A stretch of 64,000 nucleotides of DNA from Collinsella sp. (lineage in GTDB: Bacteria; Actinomycetota; Coriobacteriia; Coriobacteriales; Coriobacteriaceae), in the NCBI GenBank assembly GCA_036304385.1, contig JAXIYS010000078.1, positions 9,473 through 73,472 on the forward strand, written 5' to 3'. Positions 38,676-50,500 of the stretch are shown piece after piece. The stretch's first letter is position 1, and each line of letters opens with the position of its first letter. Made by a program: the position numbers and the translations under genes. The notes beneath the pieces were generated by a model. The model was not told where the DNA came from. It saw nothing but the letters and a program-made list of their open reading frames with translations, and searched no databases.

Positions 38676-40448
38676 ATGCTGAAGAGGTTTCTTTCGTATT
38701 ACAAGCCCCAGATGGGGCTTTTTGTTGCCGATACTGTTTGTGCCCTGGTGCTTGCTGCCATTGACTTGGCGTTTCCCATTATCCTGCGCAATCTGACCGG
38801 CGGGCTCTTTACCCAGGGTCAGGCTGCTATTATGCAGGCGCTCGGTATGATCGCAGTTGGCCTGGTACTGATGTATGCCATCCGTTGCGCCTGTCGCTAC
38901 TTTGTGAGTTACTGGGGCCACGTGATGGGCGCGCGCATGGAGTCCAAGATGCGCGAGGACCTGTTCGATCAGTACGAGCGCTTTAGCTTTGCGTACTTCG
39001 ATCGCAACAGCTCGGGTGACATGATGAGCCGCGTGGTCAACGACCTGTTCGATATCTGCGAGGCGGCACACCACGTGCCCGAGTGGATTATCATCTGCGG
39101 CATCGAGATCGTCGGCTCGTTTGTGATCCTCTTTGCTATTGCCCCGGTGCTGGCGCTTGCTATGGCCGTGGTGACGGCGGTGTTTGCGGTCATCATGTTT
39201 TGGCAGAACATGCGCATGCGCGAGGTCTTTAGCGACAATCGCAAAAAGATCAGCGGTATTAATGCTCAGCTGCAGGATTCGCTGGCCGGCATGCGCGTGG
39301 TCAAGAGTTTTGCGAACGAGGAGGCTGAGCGCTCCAAGTTCCGCGCCTCCAACGACCGCTATCTTTCGTCCAAAGAGAATATGTATCACGCCATGGGCGT
39401 CTACACTGCGACGTATGGCCTGCTCTCGGGTGTGCTGTACGTGATCGTGGTGCTGCTGGGTGGTTGGCTGGTGGCGCAAGGCCAACTGCAGGCGGTCGAT
39501 ATGGCGACCTTCGCGCTCTACATTTCGCTGTTCTGTACCCCGCTCGAGACGCTAGTGAACTCGGCTGAGACGTATCAGAAAGCCATCGCCGGCTTTAAGC
39601 GTATGGACGAGGTACTTTCGACCGCCCCGGATATCCAGGACAAGCCGGATGCCGCGGACCTGCAGGTGACGGCTGGCGCGGTTGAATATCGCGACGTGTG
39701 CTTTAGCTACGAGGATGTTGAATTGGGCGAGGGCGGCGCCGACGGGCGCCCTGTTATCGACCATATGGATCTGTCCATCAAGCCCGGACAGACCATTGCC
39801 CTGGTTGGCCCCTCGGGCGGTGGCAAGTCCACAACGTGTTCGCTGCTGCCTCGCTTTTATGACGTGGCTGCTGGATCCGTCAGCATCGATGGCCAAGACG
39901 TGCGCGACGTGACGCAACAGAGTCTGCGCCGCGCCATTGGCCTGGTGCAGCAGGATGTCTATCTGTTTGACGGTACGATTGGCGAGAACATCGCTTACGG
40001 CAAGCCAGGCGCCACGGCAGAAGAGGTCGCCGAGGCCGCCCGCCGCGCCAATATCGATGCCTTCATTGAGTCGCTGCCGCAGGGCTACGACACGGTCGTG
40101 GGCGAGCGCGGCAGCCGTCTTTCGGGCGGCCAGAAGCAGCGCGTAGCCATTGCACGCGTGTTTCTCAAGAACCCCAAGATCCTGATCCTGGACGAGGCGA
40201 CGAGCGCCTTGGATAACGAGAGCGAGGAGGCGGTGCAGGAGTCGCTCGAGCGCCTGGCGCGCGGCCGCACCACGATCATCATCGCCCACCGTCTCTCGAC
40301 CATTAAGCATGCCGACGAGATTGCGACCGTCGAGCATGGTCGCGTTGTGGAACGTGGCACGCACGAGCAGCTTCTCGCCCGTGGCGGCACCTATGCCCGT
40401 TACTATCGAATGCAGTTCGAAGGTGCGCGTGCGCACGAGCTCGACTGA
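38676..40448 (+). CDS. ABC exporter, fused permease/ATPase (MsbA-like multidrug/lipid family)
   Basis: Six-TM N-terminal domain, Walker A (GPSGGGKST), signature (LSGGQKQR) and Walker B (ILILDEATSALD). Confidence 0.9.
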   Translation: MLKRFLSYYKPQMGLFVADTVCALVLAAIDLAFPIILRNLTGGLFTQGQAAIMQALGMIAVGLVLMYAIRCACRYFVSYWGHVMGARMESKMREDLFDQYERFSFAYFDRNSSGDMMSRVVNDLFDICEAAHHVPEWIIICGIEIVGSFVILFAIAPVLALAMAVVTAVFAVIMFWQNMRMREVFSDNRKKISGINAQLQDSLAGMRVVKSFANEEAERSKFRASNDRYLSSKENMYHAMGVYTATYGLLSGVLYVIVVLLGGWLVAQGQLQAVDMATFALYISLFCTPLETLVNSAETYQKAIAGFKRMDEVLSTAPDIQDKPDAADLQVTAGAVEYRDVCFSYEDVELGEGGADGRPVIDHMDLSIKPGQTIALVGPSGGGKSTTCSLLPRFYDVAAGSVSIDGQDVRDVTQQSLRRAIGLVQQDVYLFDGTIGENIAYGKPGATAEEVAEAARRANIDAFIESLPQGYDTVVGERGSRLSGGQKQRVAIARVFLKNPKILILDEATSALDNESEEAVQESLERLARGRTTIIIAHRLSTIKHADEIATVEHGRVVERGTHEQLLARGGTYARYYRMQFEGARAHELD

Positions 40449-40467
40449 TTGATATGACAGGAAGTAT

Positions 40468-41427
40468 ATGGCTGAGAAGAACCCTTTGACTCCGGAAGAA
40501 GTGACGGAGTTATTCTCCGAAATCGATGCATCCGGCGTCTTGGATCCTACGCTCGCCAAAAAGCGTACCGAGCGCATGCGCGAGAAAGAGGCTGCGGCCA
40601 AGCGCGGCGACAAGGCGACGCTGGCGCGGCTGCGCAGAGAGGATCGCGCGAGCCAGGCAAAACATATCGACCCGCTGTCCGAGGACGATCCTTCGGGCTC
40701 GCAGGTGAGCCATACCATTACGAAGACTGCCATGGTCGTGGTTATCGGCATCTTGGTGCTGATCGTGGGCATGCAGATTGGCTACGGCGTGATGCGCCGT
40801 CTGAATACCGCCAATCTGTCCGAGAGCGTTTCGGTCGATACCGTTTCGACCGCGCTCAAGGGCGGCCTTGAGTGGGGTAACGGCTTTACGCAGTTCCCGC
40901 TCGACTTTAGCGTCGACGAGGCGGACGAGCGCACAGGCACGGTCGAGGTAACGGTGCTGGACACATCGTCTGCCAACGAGCTTGAGCTGCTGTCCAACGG
41001 GCAGATTCAGGCTGCGGCACTTGCGACCAACGCGTTGCTTAACGATAAGATCGACCGCGTGGTGTACAACGTGCACGCCTATATCGACGAGGACAGCAAT
41101 ATCCAGCATGATTCCTTCTTTGGCATGTTCCCCGCGCGGGGTCATCAGAGCGCCATTTTGACGTTTGTGTGGACCAAGAGCTCGTCAAATGCCACGAGTA
41201 TCGACTGGAAGATGCGTATCGTGAGCATGGATGACACGATTGCCGAGCGCATCCAAAAGCAGGTGAACTCGGTATCGTCACTGATTGAGGACCCGGCGGT
41301 AAGCCAGACCAAGATTGACGAGGAAAAGGCCGAGCGCGACTTGGAACATCGCCTGCACGGTCGCGAGATCTTCCGCGGTGGTAAGCCCGATCGCACACCG
41401 TCCGATCTGCTGGAGCAGGATAAATAA
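40468..41427 (+). CDS. Hypothetical single-pass membrane protein
   Basis: Charged N-terminus, one TM (AMVVVIGILVLIVGMQIGYGV) and an extracytoplasmic domain of about 200 aa. No recognisable family. Confidence 0.6.
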   Translation: MAEKNPLTPEEVTELFSEIDASGVLDPTLAKKRTERMREKEAAAKRGDKATLARLRREDRASQAKHIDPLSEDDPSGSQVSHTITKTAMVVVIGILVLIVGMQIGYGVMRRLNTANLSESVSVDTVSTALKGGLEWGNGFTQFPLDFSVDEADERTGTVEVTVLDTSSANELELLSNGQIQAAALATNALLNDKIDRVVYNVHAYIDEDSNIQHDSFFGMFPARGHQSAILTFVWTKSSSNATSIDWKMRIVSMDDTIAERIQKQVNSVSSLIEDPAVSQTKIDEEKAERDLEHRLHGREIFRGGKPDRTPSDLLEQDK

Positions 41428-41436
41428 GACGCCATT

Positions 41437-41475
41437 ATCCCGCGTGAGCCAAGTGCCTGCGCGGGATGATTTTTC
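41437..41475 (+). terminator. Rho-independent terminator
   Basis: ATCCCGCG-15 nt-CGCGGGAT followed by GATTTTT. Confidence 0.6.
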
Positions 41476-41498
41476 TGGGACGGGGATTAAATAATCAT
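41466..41498. repeat. GGGACGGGG-core hairpin repeat, left copy
   Basis: ATGATTTTTCTGGGACGGGGATTAAATAATCAT, with its own ATGATT/AATCAT stem. Confidence 0.8.
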
Positions 41499-41538
41499 TT
41501 TGAGAACGGGGCTTTGTCGCCAACTGCATACATGGCAG

Positions 41539-41573
41539 AATGATTTTTAAATCCCCGTCCCAGAAAAATCATT
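41539..41573. repeat. GGGACGGGG-core hairpin repeat, inverted copy
   Basis: AATGATTTTTAAATCCCCGTCCCAGAAAAATCATT. The core ATCCCCGTCCCAG is the exact reverse complement of CTGGGACGGGGAT in the left copy. Confidence 0.8.
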
Positions 41574-41680
41574 ATGCATAGAAAGTCATAATTATCATTT
41601 CGTAAACATTTCGATGAAATTAACGCCATGGCGCATACTTGCGGTTAAAATACCGCAAGGCCTAACTACCAACCTTTAAG

Positions 41681-41698
41681 CCGGTCCGGAGAGACCGG
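41681..41698 (+). promoter_or_regulatory. Hairpin abutting the carA SD, a possible PyrR-type binding loop
   Basis: CCGGTC-CGGAGA-GACCGG immediately precedes GAAGGAG and the ATG at 41710. GGUCCGGAGAGACC resembles the PyrR loop consensus ARUCCAGAGAGGYU in about 10 of 14 positions. Confidence 0.3.
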
Positions 41699-41709
41699 GA
41701 AGGAGAATT

Positions 41710-43155
41710 ATGGCGAACAACCATACTGCGGGCACTGCTGTCCGCGCCTTCGCGCCCAGCGAGCTTTGCCAGCGCATGCTGGCCAAAACCAGCAAGGGCA
41801 CCTGCGGTCCCTGCATCCTGTACCTTGAGGATGGGACCATTTTTTATGGCCGTGCATGCGGTGCCGAGGGTACTGCGACCGGCGAGGTCTGCTTCAACAC
41901 CTCGCTTGAGGGCTACTTTGAGGTCATGACCGACCCGAGCTATGCCGGCCAAATCGTAACCATGACCTATCCGCAGATCGGCAACTACGGTATCGACGAG
42001 ACCGACGTCCAGTCGGCCTTCCCCGGTGATACCGCCCGCCCCGCGAGCGCTCCCGCCATGCGTGGCATGATCGTCCGCGACATGTGCGCCACGCCTTCCA
42101 ACTGGCGCTCGGCCGTCAGCGTGCCGGAGTACCTGCGTGCCCACGGCATCGTCGCTATCGAGGGCGTCGACACCCGCGCTCTTGTGCGCCACCTGCGCGA
42201 CAACGGCTCCAAGATGGGCATTATCTCGACGGAAATCTTTGACGTCGACGAGCTTGCCGAGCGTCTGGCCACCGCGCCGACGCTGGTGGGCGAGAACCTG
42301 GTCAAGACCGTGAGCTGCCCTGAGCCCCACACTTTTGCCGCGTGCGACCTGCCCGCTACGCATGACTTTGCGCTTGCCCCTGCCGCTCCTTCCCGCCACA
42401 ACGTGGTCGCCTACGACTGCGGCGTCAAGCGCGGCATCCTGGAGGGTCTGGTCCGTGCCGGCTGCGACCTCACCGTCGTGCCGTGGGATACGCCCGCCCA
42501 GCAGGTGCTCGACATGAATCCCGACGGTGTCTTTTTATCCAACGGCCCCGGCGACCCCGATGCCGTGGTGGAGACCTACGAGCAGGTACAGCAGCTGATC
42601 GGCAAGGTGCCGGTCTTTGGCATTTGTCTTGGTCACCAGATGATCAGCTTGGCGTGCGGTGCCCAAATGGAAAAGCTTAAATTCGGTCACCGTGGCGGTA
42701 ACCAGCCGGTTATGAACCTGGTGAGCCGTCGCGTGGAGATCACCGCGCAAAACCACGGCTTTGGCCTGCTGTTCCCCAGTCTGGGCAAACTAATCCCGGA
42801 GCTTTCCGGCGGCGAGACCGAGCATGCGGCCGATGGCGACCTGCGCGCCTGGGTGCGTCGCGGCATCGCGCCGGTCGTGATGAACGAGCGCTTCGGCCGC
42901 ATTCGCCTGACGCACGTGAACCTCAACGACGGCACCGCCGAGGGCATCCAGCTGCTCGACGCCCCGTGCTTCTCGGTTCAGTACCATCCCGAGGCCTCGC
43001 CCGGCCCCACCGATGCTCACTATCTCTTTACCGCCTTTACGCGACTCATGGACGGCGAGGAGAACTATCTGGACATCGACACCGCGAAGGACCGCCTTGC
43101 CGGCTGGAACTTTGCTGAGTCCGAGAACGCCGCGACCGAGACCGAGGAGAACTAA
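41710..43155 (+). CDS. carA: Carbamoyl-phosphate synthase small (glutaminase) subunit
   Basis: [21 protein letters not shown], the catalytic GICLGHQ and HGFG / QYHPE motifs. It has an N-terminal extension of about 35 aa and internal insertions. Confidence 0.92.
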   Translation: MANNHTAGTAVRAFAPSELCQRMLAKTSKGTCGPCILYLEDGTIFYGRACGAEGTATGEVCFNTSLEGYFEVMTDPSYAGQIVTMTYPQIGNYGIDETDVQSAFPGDTARPASAPAMRGMIVRDMCATPSNWRSAVSVPEYLRAHGIVAIEGVDTRALVRHLRDNGSKMGIISTEIFDVDELAERLATAPTLVGENLVKTVSCPEPHTFAACDLPATHDFALAPAAPSRHNVVAYDCGVKRGILEGLVRAGCDLTVVPWDTPAQQVLDMNPDGVFLSNGPGDPDAVVETYEQVQQLIGKVPVFGICLGHQMISLACGAQMEKLKFGHRGGNQPVMNLVSRRVEITAQNHGFGLLFPSLGKLIPELSGGETEHAADGDLRAWVRRGIAPVVMNERFGRIRLTHVNLNDGTAEGIQLLDAPCFSVQYHPEASPGPTDAHYLFTAFTRLMDGEENYLDIDTAKDRLAGWNFAESENAATETEEN

Positions 43156-43156
43156 C

Positions 43157-46471
<3,315 letters not shown>

Positions 46472-46482
46472 TTGACCTGGCC

Positions 46483-46573
46483 GGCCGGGGCGGGAGGGGC
46501 CGAGATTTCCCCCTTTCGCTCCGGCTGCAAGCAGAGTCGCTCAGGAGGAAACACGGCCCCTCCCGCCCCGGCC
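46483..46573. repeat. 20-bp perfect GC-rich inverted repeat
   Basis: GGCCGGGGCGGGAGGGGCCG (46483-46502) is the exact reverse complement of CGGCCCCTCCCGCCCCGGCC (46554-46573). The spacer is 51 nt. Confidence 0.9.
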
Positions 46574-46646
46574 TACGGTGACTCAATTGCACCGTGTGCT
46601 GCCGAAGGGGCTTTGCGCGATGACTAGGGCTAAATAAAAAGTGTGT

Positions 46647-46690
46647 GTGGGCTCCTTCGTTCATCCGAACGAAGGAGCCCACATTTTTTA
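46647..46690 (+). terminator. Rho-independent (bidirectional-looking) terminator
   Basis: GTGGGCTCCTTCGTT-CATCCG-AACGAAGGAGCCCAC followed by ATTTTTTA and preceded by AAATAAAAA. Confidence 0.8.
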
Positions 46691-46732
46691 TTTCAGCCAA
46701 CGTACGTCATAGCAATCCCCGGTAGGTCGAAG

Positions 46733-46820
46733 GTGCTCTGCGGCGGCCCGGTGTTTTCATCTGAACGACTTTGCGCAGCAACCGGAGTGAAGATGAAAAC
46801 ACCGGGCCGCCGCAGAGCAC
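46733..46820. repeat. 30-bp perfect inverted repeat
   Basis: GTGCTCTGCGGCGGCCCGGTGTTTTCATCT (46733-46762) is the exact reverse complement of 46791-46820. The spacer is 28 nt. Confidence 0.9.
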
Positions 46821-46915
46821 CCACAGACCGCAGGGACGGGAGCAGCTATACTACTCTCAGTAGTTAAGGGTCGCGGATTCGCCGCGTCACCGCTCTCAAC
46901 AGGAGGTCTTTGTTT

Positions 46916-47380
46916 ATGGCAGATCAGAAGCCGGTTGTCGGGATCATCATGGGCTCCAAGTCCGATCTGGGCGTTATGGAAGGTTGCACCGCCGAGCTCG
47001 AGGCACTGGGCGTGCCCTATGAGCTCGTGATTGCAAGTGCACACCGCACACCGGCGAAGGTCCATGAGTGGGCCTCGACCGCTGCCGACCGCGGCATCAA
47101 GGTGATTATCGCTGCCGCCGGCAAGGCTGCTCACCTGGGCGGCGTCGTGGCTGCGTTTACGCCGCTGCCGGTCATCGGCGTGCCTATGAAGACGAGCGAT
47201 CTGGGTGGTATGGACTCGCTGCTGTCGATGGTACAGATGCCTTCGGGCGTGCCCGTTGCCTGTGTGGCCATCAACGGTGCCAAGAACGCTGCCATTTACG
47301 CCACGCAGATTCTGGGCGCATGCGACCCCGAGTACCGCAAGGTTATCGAGAAGATGAAGCAGGAGATGGCTGACGCCTAA
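46916..47380 (+). CDS. purE: 5-(carboxyamino)imidazole ribonucleotide mutase
   Basis: VGIIMGSKSDL and SAHRTP motifs. AGGAGG lies 9 nt upstream of the ATG. Confidence 0.93.
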   Translation: MADQKPVVGIIMGSKSDLGVMEGCTAELEALGVPYELVIASAHRTPAKVHEWASTAADRGIKVIIAAAGKAAHLGGVVAAFTPLPVIGVPMKTSDLGGMDSLLSMVQMPSGVPVACVAINGAKNAAIYATQILGACDPEYRKVIEKMKQEMADA

Positions 47381-47416
47381 GCGCTCTGCCAGTCCATTTG
47401 TAGCATAAGGAGAGCC

Positions 47417-48415
47417 ATGTCCGACTATCAGGGAAAGCGTTTTTCGGCTTCTCGGATTCCCGATCCAGCCAAGTCGGGAGCAGCCCGCGCGCCGCAGCAG
47501 GGTCGGACATCCTCTCCTCAACAGCCGCGCGCGCCGCGCCCCGTGACGCCGGCGAAGCATCGCCGTCAGGATACGCTGGCTGCATATCATCCTTCGTCAT
47601 ACAGTACGGCCAAGAAGTCACCTCGCTCTTCGGCGCATACCGCGCCATCGAGCTATACCGAGCCGCCGCGCAAAAAGCGCCGCTCCGTCATTCCCATTCT
47701 GCTCATCATCATCGGCATTGGCCTGATCGTTGCTGCGGCCGCCATCTTTATCAACGCGCAGATTGGCTATAAGCAGGCGAGCGAGTCGTATCAAAAAATC
47801 GAAAAGCAATATGTGAGCGACAAGGACGCAAGCGGCGTGCCAATTATCGACTTCAATGCGCTTGCCCAGACAAATCCCGAGGTTGTGGGTTGGATTTACG
47901 CGCCCGGCACCAACATCAACTACCCCGTGGTGCAGACCAACAACAACTCCAAGTACCTCAACACGCTGTTCGACGGCACCGCCAATGCCTCGGGAGCCAT
48001 CTTCTTGGATAGCGACGACACCGCGCCGGGTATGGTGGATCAGCAGACTACGATCTATGGTCACCACATGAACGACGGATCGATGTTCAACGTGATTTCG
48101 GACACCACTGATCAGGCGACGTTTGATAGCATCGAGTTTGTGTATTACATCACACGGGATGCTACGTATAAGCTGCGACCACTGGCGACCAAAGTTGTCG
48201 AGGACACGTATGCCAAGGCGCGCACGCCTAATTTTGATGGCGATGATGGGCTCAAGAACTACCTGTCCGAGATGCTCGACGGTGCTTCTGCCGTGGCGAG
48301 CGATGCCACCGATCGTGCCGCTTCGGCAACCAAGGTCGTAACGCTTGTGACCTGTCGTTCGTTATCGCTGAGCAACACACGTGCCGTCATGGTGCTCACG
48401 CCGGTCGAGGAATAA
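47417..48415 (+). CDS. Class B-like sortase with a long basic N-terminal cytoplasmic tail
   Basis: About 95 aa of R/K/P/S-rich tail, one TM, then VGWIYAPGTNINYPVVQ, TIYGHHM, the catalytic LVTC and a downstream Arg (NTRAV). Confidence 0.8.
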   Translation: MSDYQGKRFSASRIPDPAKSGAARAPQQGRTSSPQQPRAPRPVTPAKHRRQDTLAAYHPSSYSTAKKSPRSSAHTAPSSYTEPPRKKRRSVIPILLIIIGIGLIVAAAAIFINAQIGYKQASESYQKIEKQYVSDKDASGVPIIDFNALAQTNPEVVGWIYAPGTNINYPVVQTNNNSKYLNTLFDGTANASGAIFLDSDDTAPGMVDQQTTIYGHHMNDGSMFNVISDTTDQATFDSIEFVYYITRDATYKLRPLATKVVEDTYAKARTPNFDGDDGLKNYLSEMLDGASAVASDATDRAASATKVVTLVTCRSLSLSNTRAVMVLTPVEE

Positions 48416-48467
48416 AGTGTCCGGGAGCCCCGTCCCAAAAAGACTACCCTGGAAATCAAAAGGAGAT

Positions 48468-48887
48468 ATGATGCTTGAAAGCGGCAAATCGATGCCTTCG
48501 GTTGATGCTTGGCTGCGCGAAGCCAAGGCCGATGTTTCGGCGGCTGATTGTGGGATGTACCTGACACACAATGGCGTGGTGCGTGCGACGCCTAAGTCCG
48601 AGGTGCGTGGGGTCGAGACAGATGGTGTGGCGCCTGGACATAAGGTGGGCGGCATGGTGTTTGGCTTCGATGCCGAAAAGGTGCAGGCTGCTATCGAGGC
48701 CACGAGCGCGATGCCGGGTATCGGCTATGTGCGCGTGTGGCTGGCGAGTGGCGAGCTTACCGTGGGCGACGACATCATGCTCGTGCTCATTGGCGGAGAC
48801 ATTCGCCCGCATGTGGTCGATGCGCTGCAGGCGCTCGTCGGTACCATCAAAAATGAGTGTGTGAGCGAGGTCGAGCGCGAGGCGTAA
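48468..48887 (+). CDS. MoaE-like (molybdopterin synthase catalytic subunit fold) protein, tentative
   Basis: Pattern ...THNGVVR...VRVWLASGELTVGDDIMLVLIGGDIRPHVVDALQALVGTIKNE..SEVE resembles the MoaE core. RBS AAAGGAG. The start is ATG 48468 or 48471. Confidence 0.4.
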   Translation: MMLESGKSMPSVDAWLREAKADVSAADCGMYLTHNGVVRATPKSEVRGVETDGVAPGHKVGGMVFGFDAEKVQAAIEATSAMPGIGYVRVWLASGELTVGDDIMLVLIGGDIRPHVVDALQALVGTIKNECVSEVEREA

Positions 48888-48910
48888 GGCCGGCAGCAGC
48901 ACTCGACAAC

Positions 48911-48953
48911 AAAAAGCCCGCTGGCAGTTCATCAGTCTGCCAGCGGGCTTTTC
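48911..48953. terminator. Bidirectional rho-independent terminator
   Basis: AGCCCGCTGGCAG-9 nt-CTGCCAGCGGGCT, flanked by AAAAA upstream and TTTT downstream, between convergent genes. Confidence 0.8.
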
Positions 48954-48985
48954 TGTGCGTTGGATAATCTCGGCATTGCGTGGCG

Positions 48986-50215
48986 CTACACGCGCGTCGC
49001 ATCCTTGGGGCTCATGGTCATGCTCTGGAAGCGGTTCTCCATGTAATCGTTATCGAAATACTTGCCGTAGAACTGCGCGACGGGAATATCCGGCTCCGTG
49101 CCGTTGACGCGCTGGTACCAGTAGTCGAGCGACTGTAGCGTCATGACGCCGTCGGCCAGCATAATGACGGTAAAGATGACGGTAGCCGAGTAGCGGCTTT
49201 TCCACGGAATCATGTTGATGAGCTTGAGCAGCCTCGGCAGCAGCAGCTTGATCCAGATAAGGCCACCCAGGCCCCACAGGCAGGCAAAGCCCGTACAGGT
49301 GCGTCCGCCCGTAAGGACGGCGAGTGGGTCGGGCATGCCGAACAGTTTCATGTGCGAGTAGCTCCACGACACCACGCCAAATGAGGTCTGCATAAACCAG
49401 CCTACAAACACCTCGAAAGCGCCGCCGATCAGGGCACTTACCAGGAAAATGATCAGAGGATTCTTTTTATAGAAGCGGTTGAGCGCCATGGTCATGAGCA
49501 CCGCGCCAAATCCGTAGATGGGGCTAAAGGGGCCAAATAGCATACCGGCACGGTCCTGATAGACGCCGGGATCGACGACGACCATATGCCAGACTTCCTC
49601 GAGAATGAGACCTAACACGCTGCAGACGAAGAATACCCAGAACAGGTTGAAGTAGTTGAGCTTGATGTAGCCCTCGCCGGTTTCGTCGCGGCCGAGCATC
49701 CCCTCGGCGGCGGCATCGCGGTCGAGCATCTCTTGCAGACGGCGCTGCAGTTCGCGCTCCTGGCGTAGCGTGGGGTCGACGGTGGCCGACAGCGCAATGA
49801 GGATACCGAGCTGAATGGCGGGGCGCAGCAGGAAGGGTCCGATACCCTGGAGCATCACGTCAACTAAAAGCTCCACGACGGTAAATGCGATGAGGACGTA
49901 AGACAGGCGGGCGGCATTGCGCCGCTGGTCCTTGATGAGGTCCAGGCCAAAGACGATCAAGATGATCGCGCTTGCCGCCGAGAGCATAATGCCGGCGACG
50001 ATAAGGCCAACCGCGACCAGGGTGTTATCACCGAGTTTAGCGGCGGCGTTGCCGTTAATGAGTGCGGTGATGACCTGCCACATAAAGACGGCGACCGACG
50101 GGAGTGTGCCCACGCCGGACAGGATGCACAGGACGGCGTACACTTTAATGATGAGGGGAATCTTCTTGACCTCCGTGGCGCTGGGGACGCTGGGGTCGAG
50201 TTCGTTTCGATCCAT
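48986..50215 (-). CDS. Polytopic membrane protein; the C-terminal half resembles the 'putative ABC-transporter type IV' (PF06541-like) family
   Basis: About 10 predicted TM segments. The family guess rests on LNYFNLFWVFFVCSVLGLILEEVWH...GPFSPIYGFGAVLM. Confidence 0.55.
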   Translation of the reverse strand: MDRNELDPSVPSATEVKKIPLIIKVYAVLCILSGVGTLPSVAVFMWQVITALINGNAAAKLGDNTLVAVGLIVAGIMLSAASAIILIVFGLDLIKDQRRNAARLSYVLIAFTVVELLVDVMLQGIGPFLLRPAIQLGILIALSATVDPTLRQERELQRRLQEMLDRDAAAEGMLGRDETGEGYIKLNYFNLFWVFFVCSVLGLILEEVWHMVVVDPGVYQDRAGMLFGPFSPIYGFGAVLMTMALNRFYKKNPLIIFLVSALIGGAFEVFVGWFMQTSFGVVSWSYSHMKLFGMPDPLAVLTGGRTCTGFACLWGLGGLIWIKLLLPRLLKLINMIPWKSRYSATVIFTVIMLADGVMTLQSLDYWYQRVNGTEPDIPVAQFYGKYFDNDYMENRFQSMTMSPKDATRV

Positions 50216-50500
50216 ACAGAACCTTTCTCGCTTTGTCCTAGGTTACTAGGATACGCCGCCGACCTGCTAAAAGACAGGACGAACGTCCCAATTGCAACTT
50301 TGCAATCCCCAACGGTGGACGCGGCGGCCATATGGGGGCGCGGGCGCTTGCACTGGGCAGACCAATAAAATGTTTGGCCGCAAAACGGATTATTAGCTCG
50401 GTGGGCTTTTAAAAAGCGCTGCTCATGCGCTGGGGAGCGCGTCGCGCCGTGCGTATAATAAGGCGGGTAACGCCAAAATACGAGGCTCTGAGGGGATGCC

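Noticed and set aside
50216-50500. A possible ZTP (pfl) or purine riboswitch in the 285-bp leader upstream of purF
   Set aside because: Only a weak resemblance was found (CUGGGCA within GCACUGGGCAGACC). The conserved 5' sub-domain (GACUGGCG...GGGA...ACCGGG) and the CCGCCUGGGC pseudoknot element are not recognisable by eye. A covariance-model scan would be needed to revive this.
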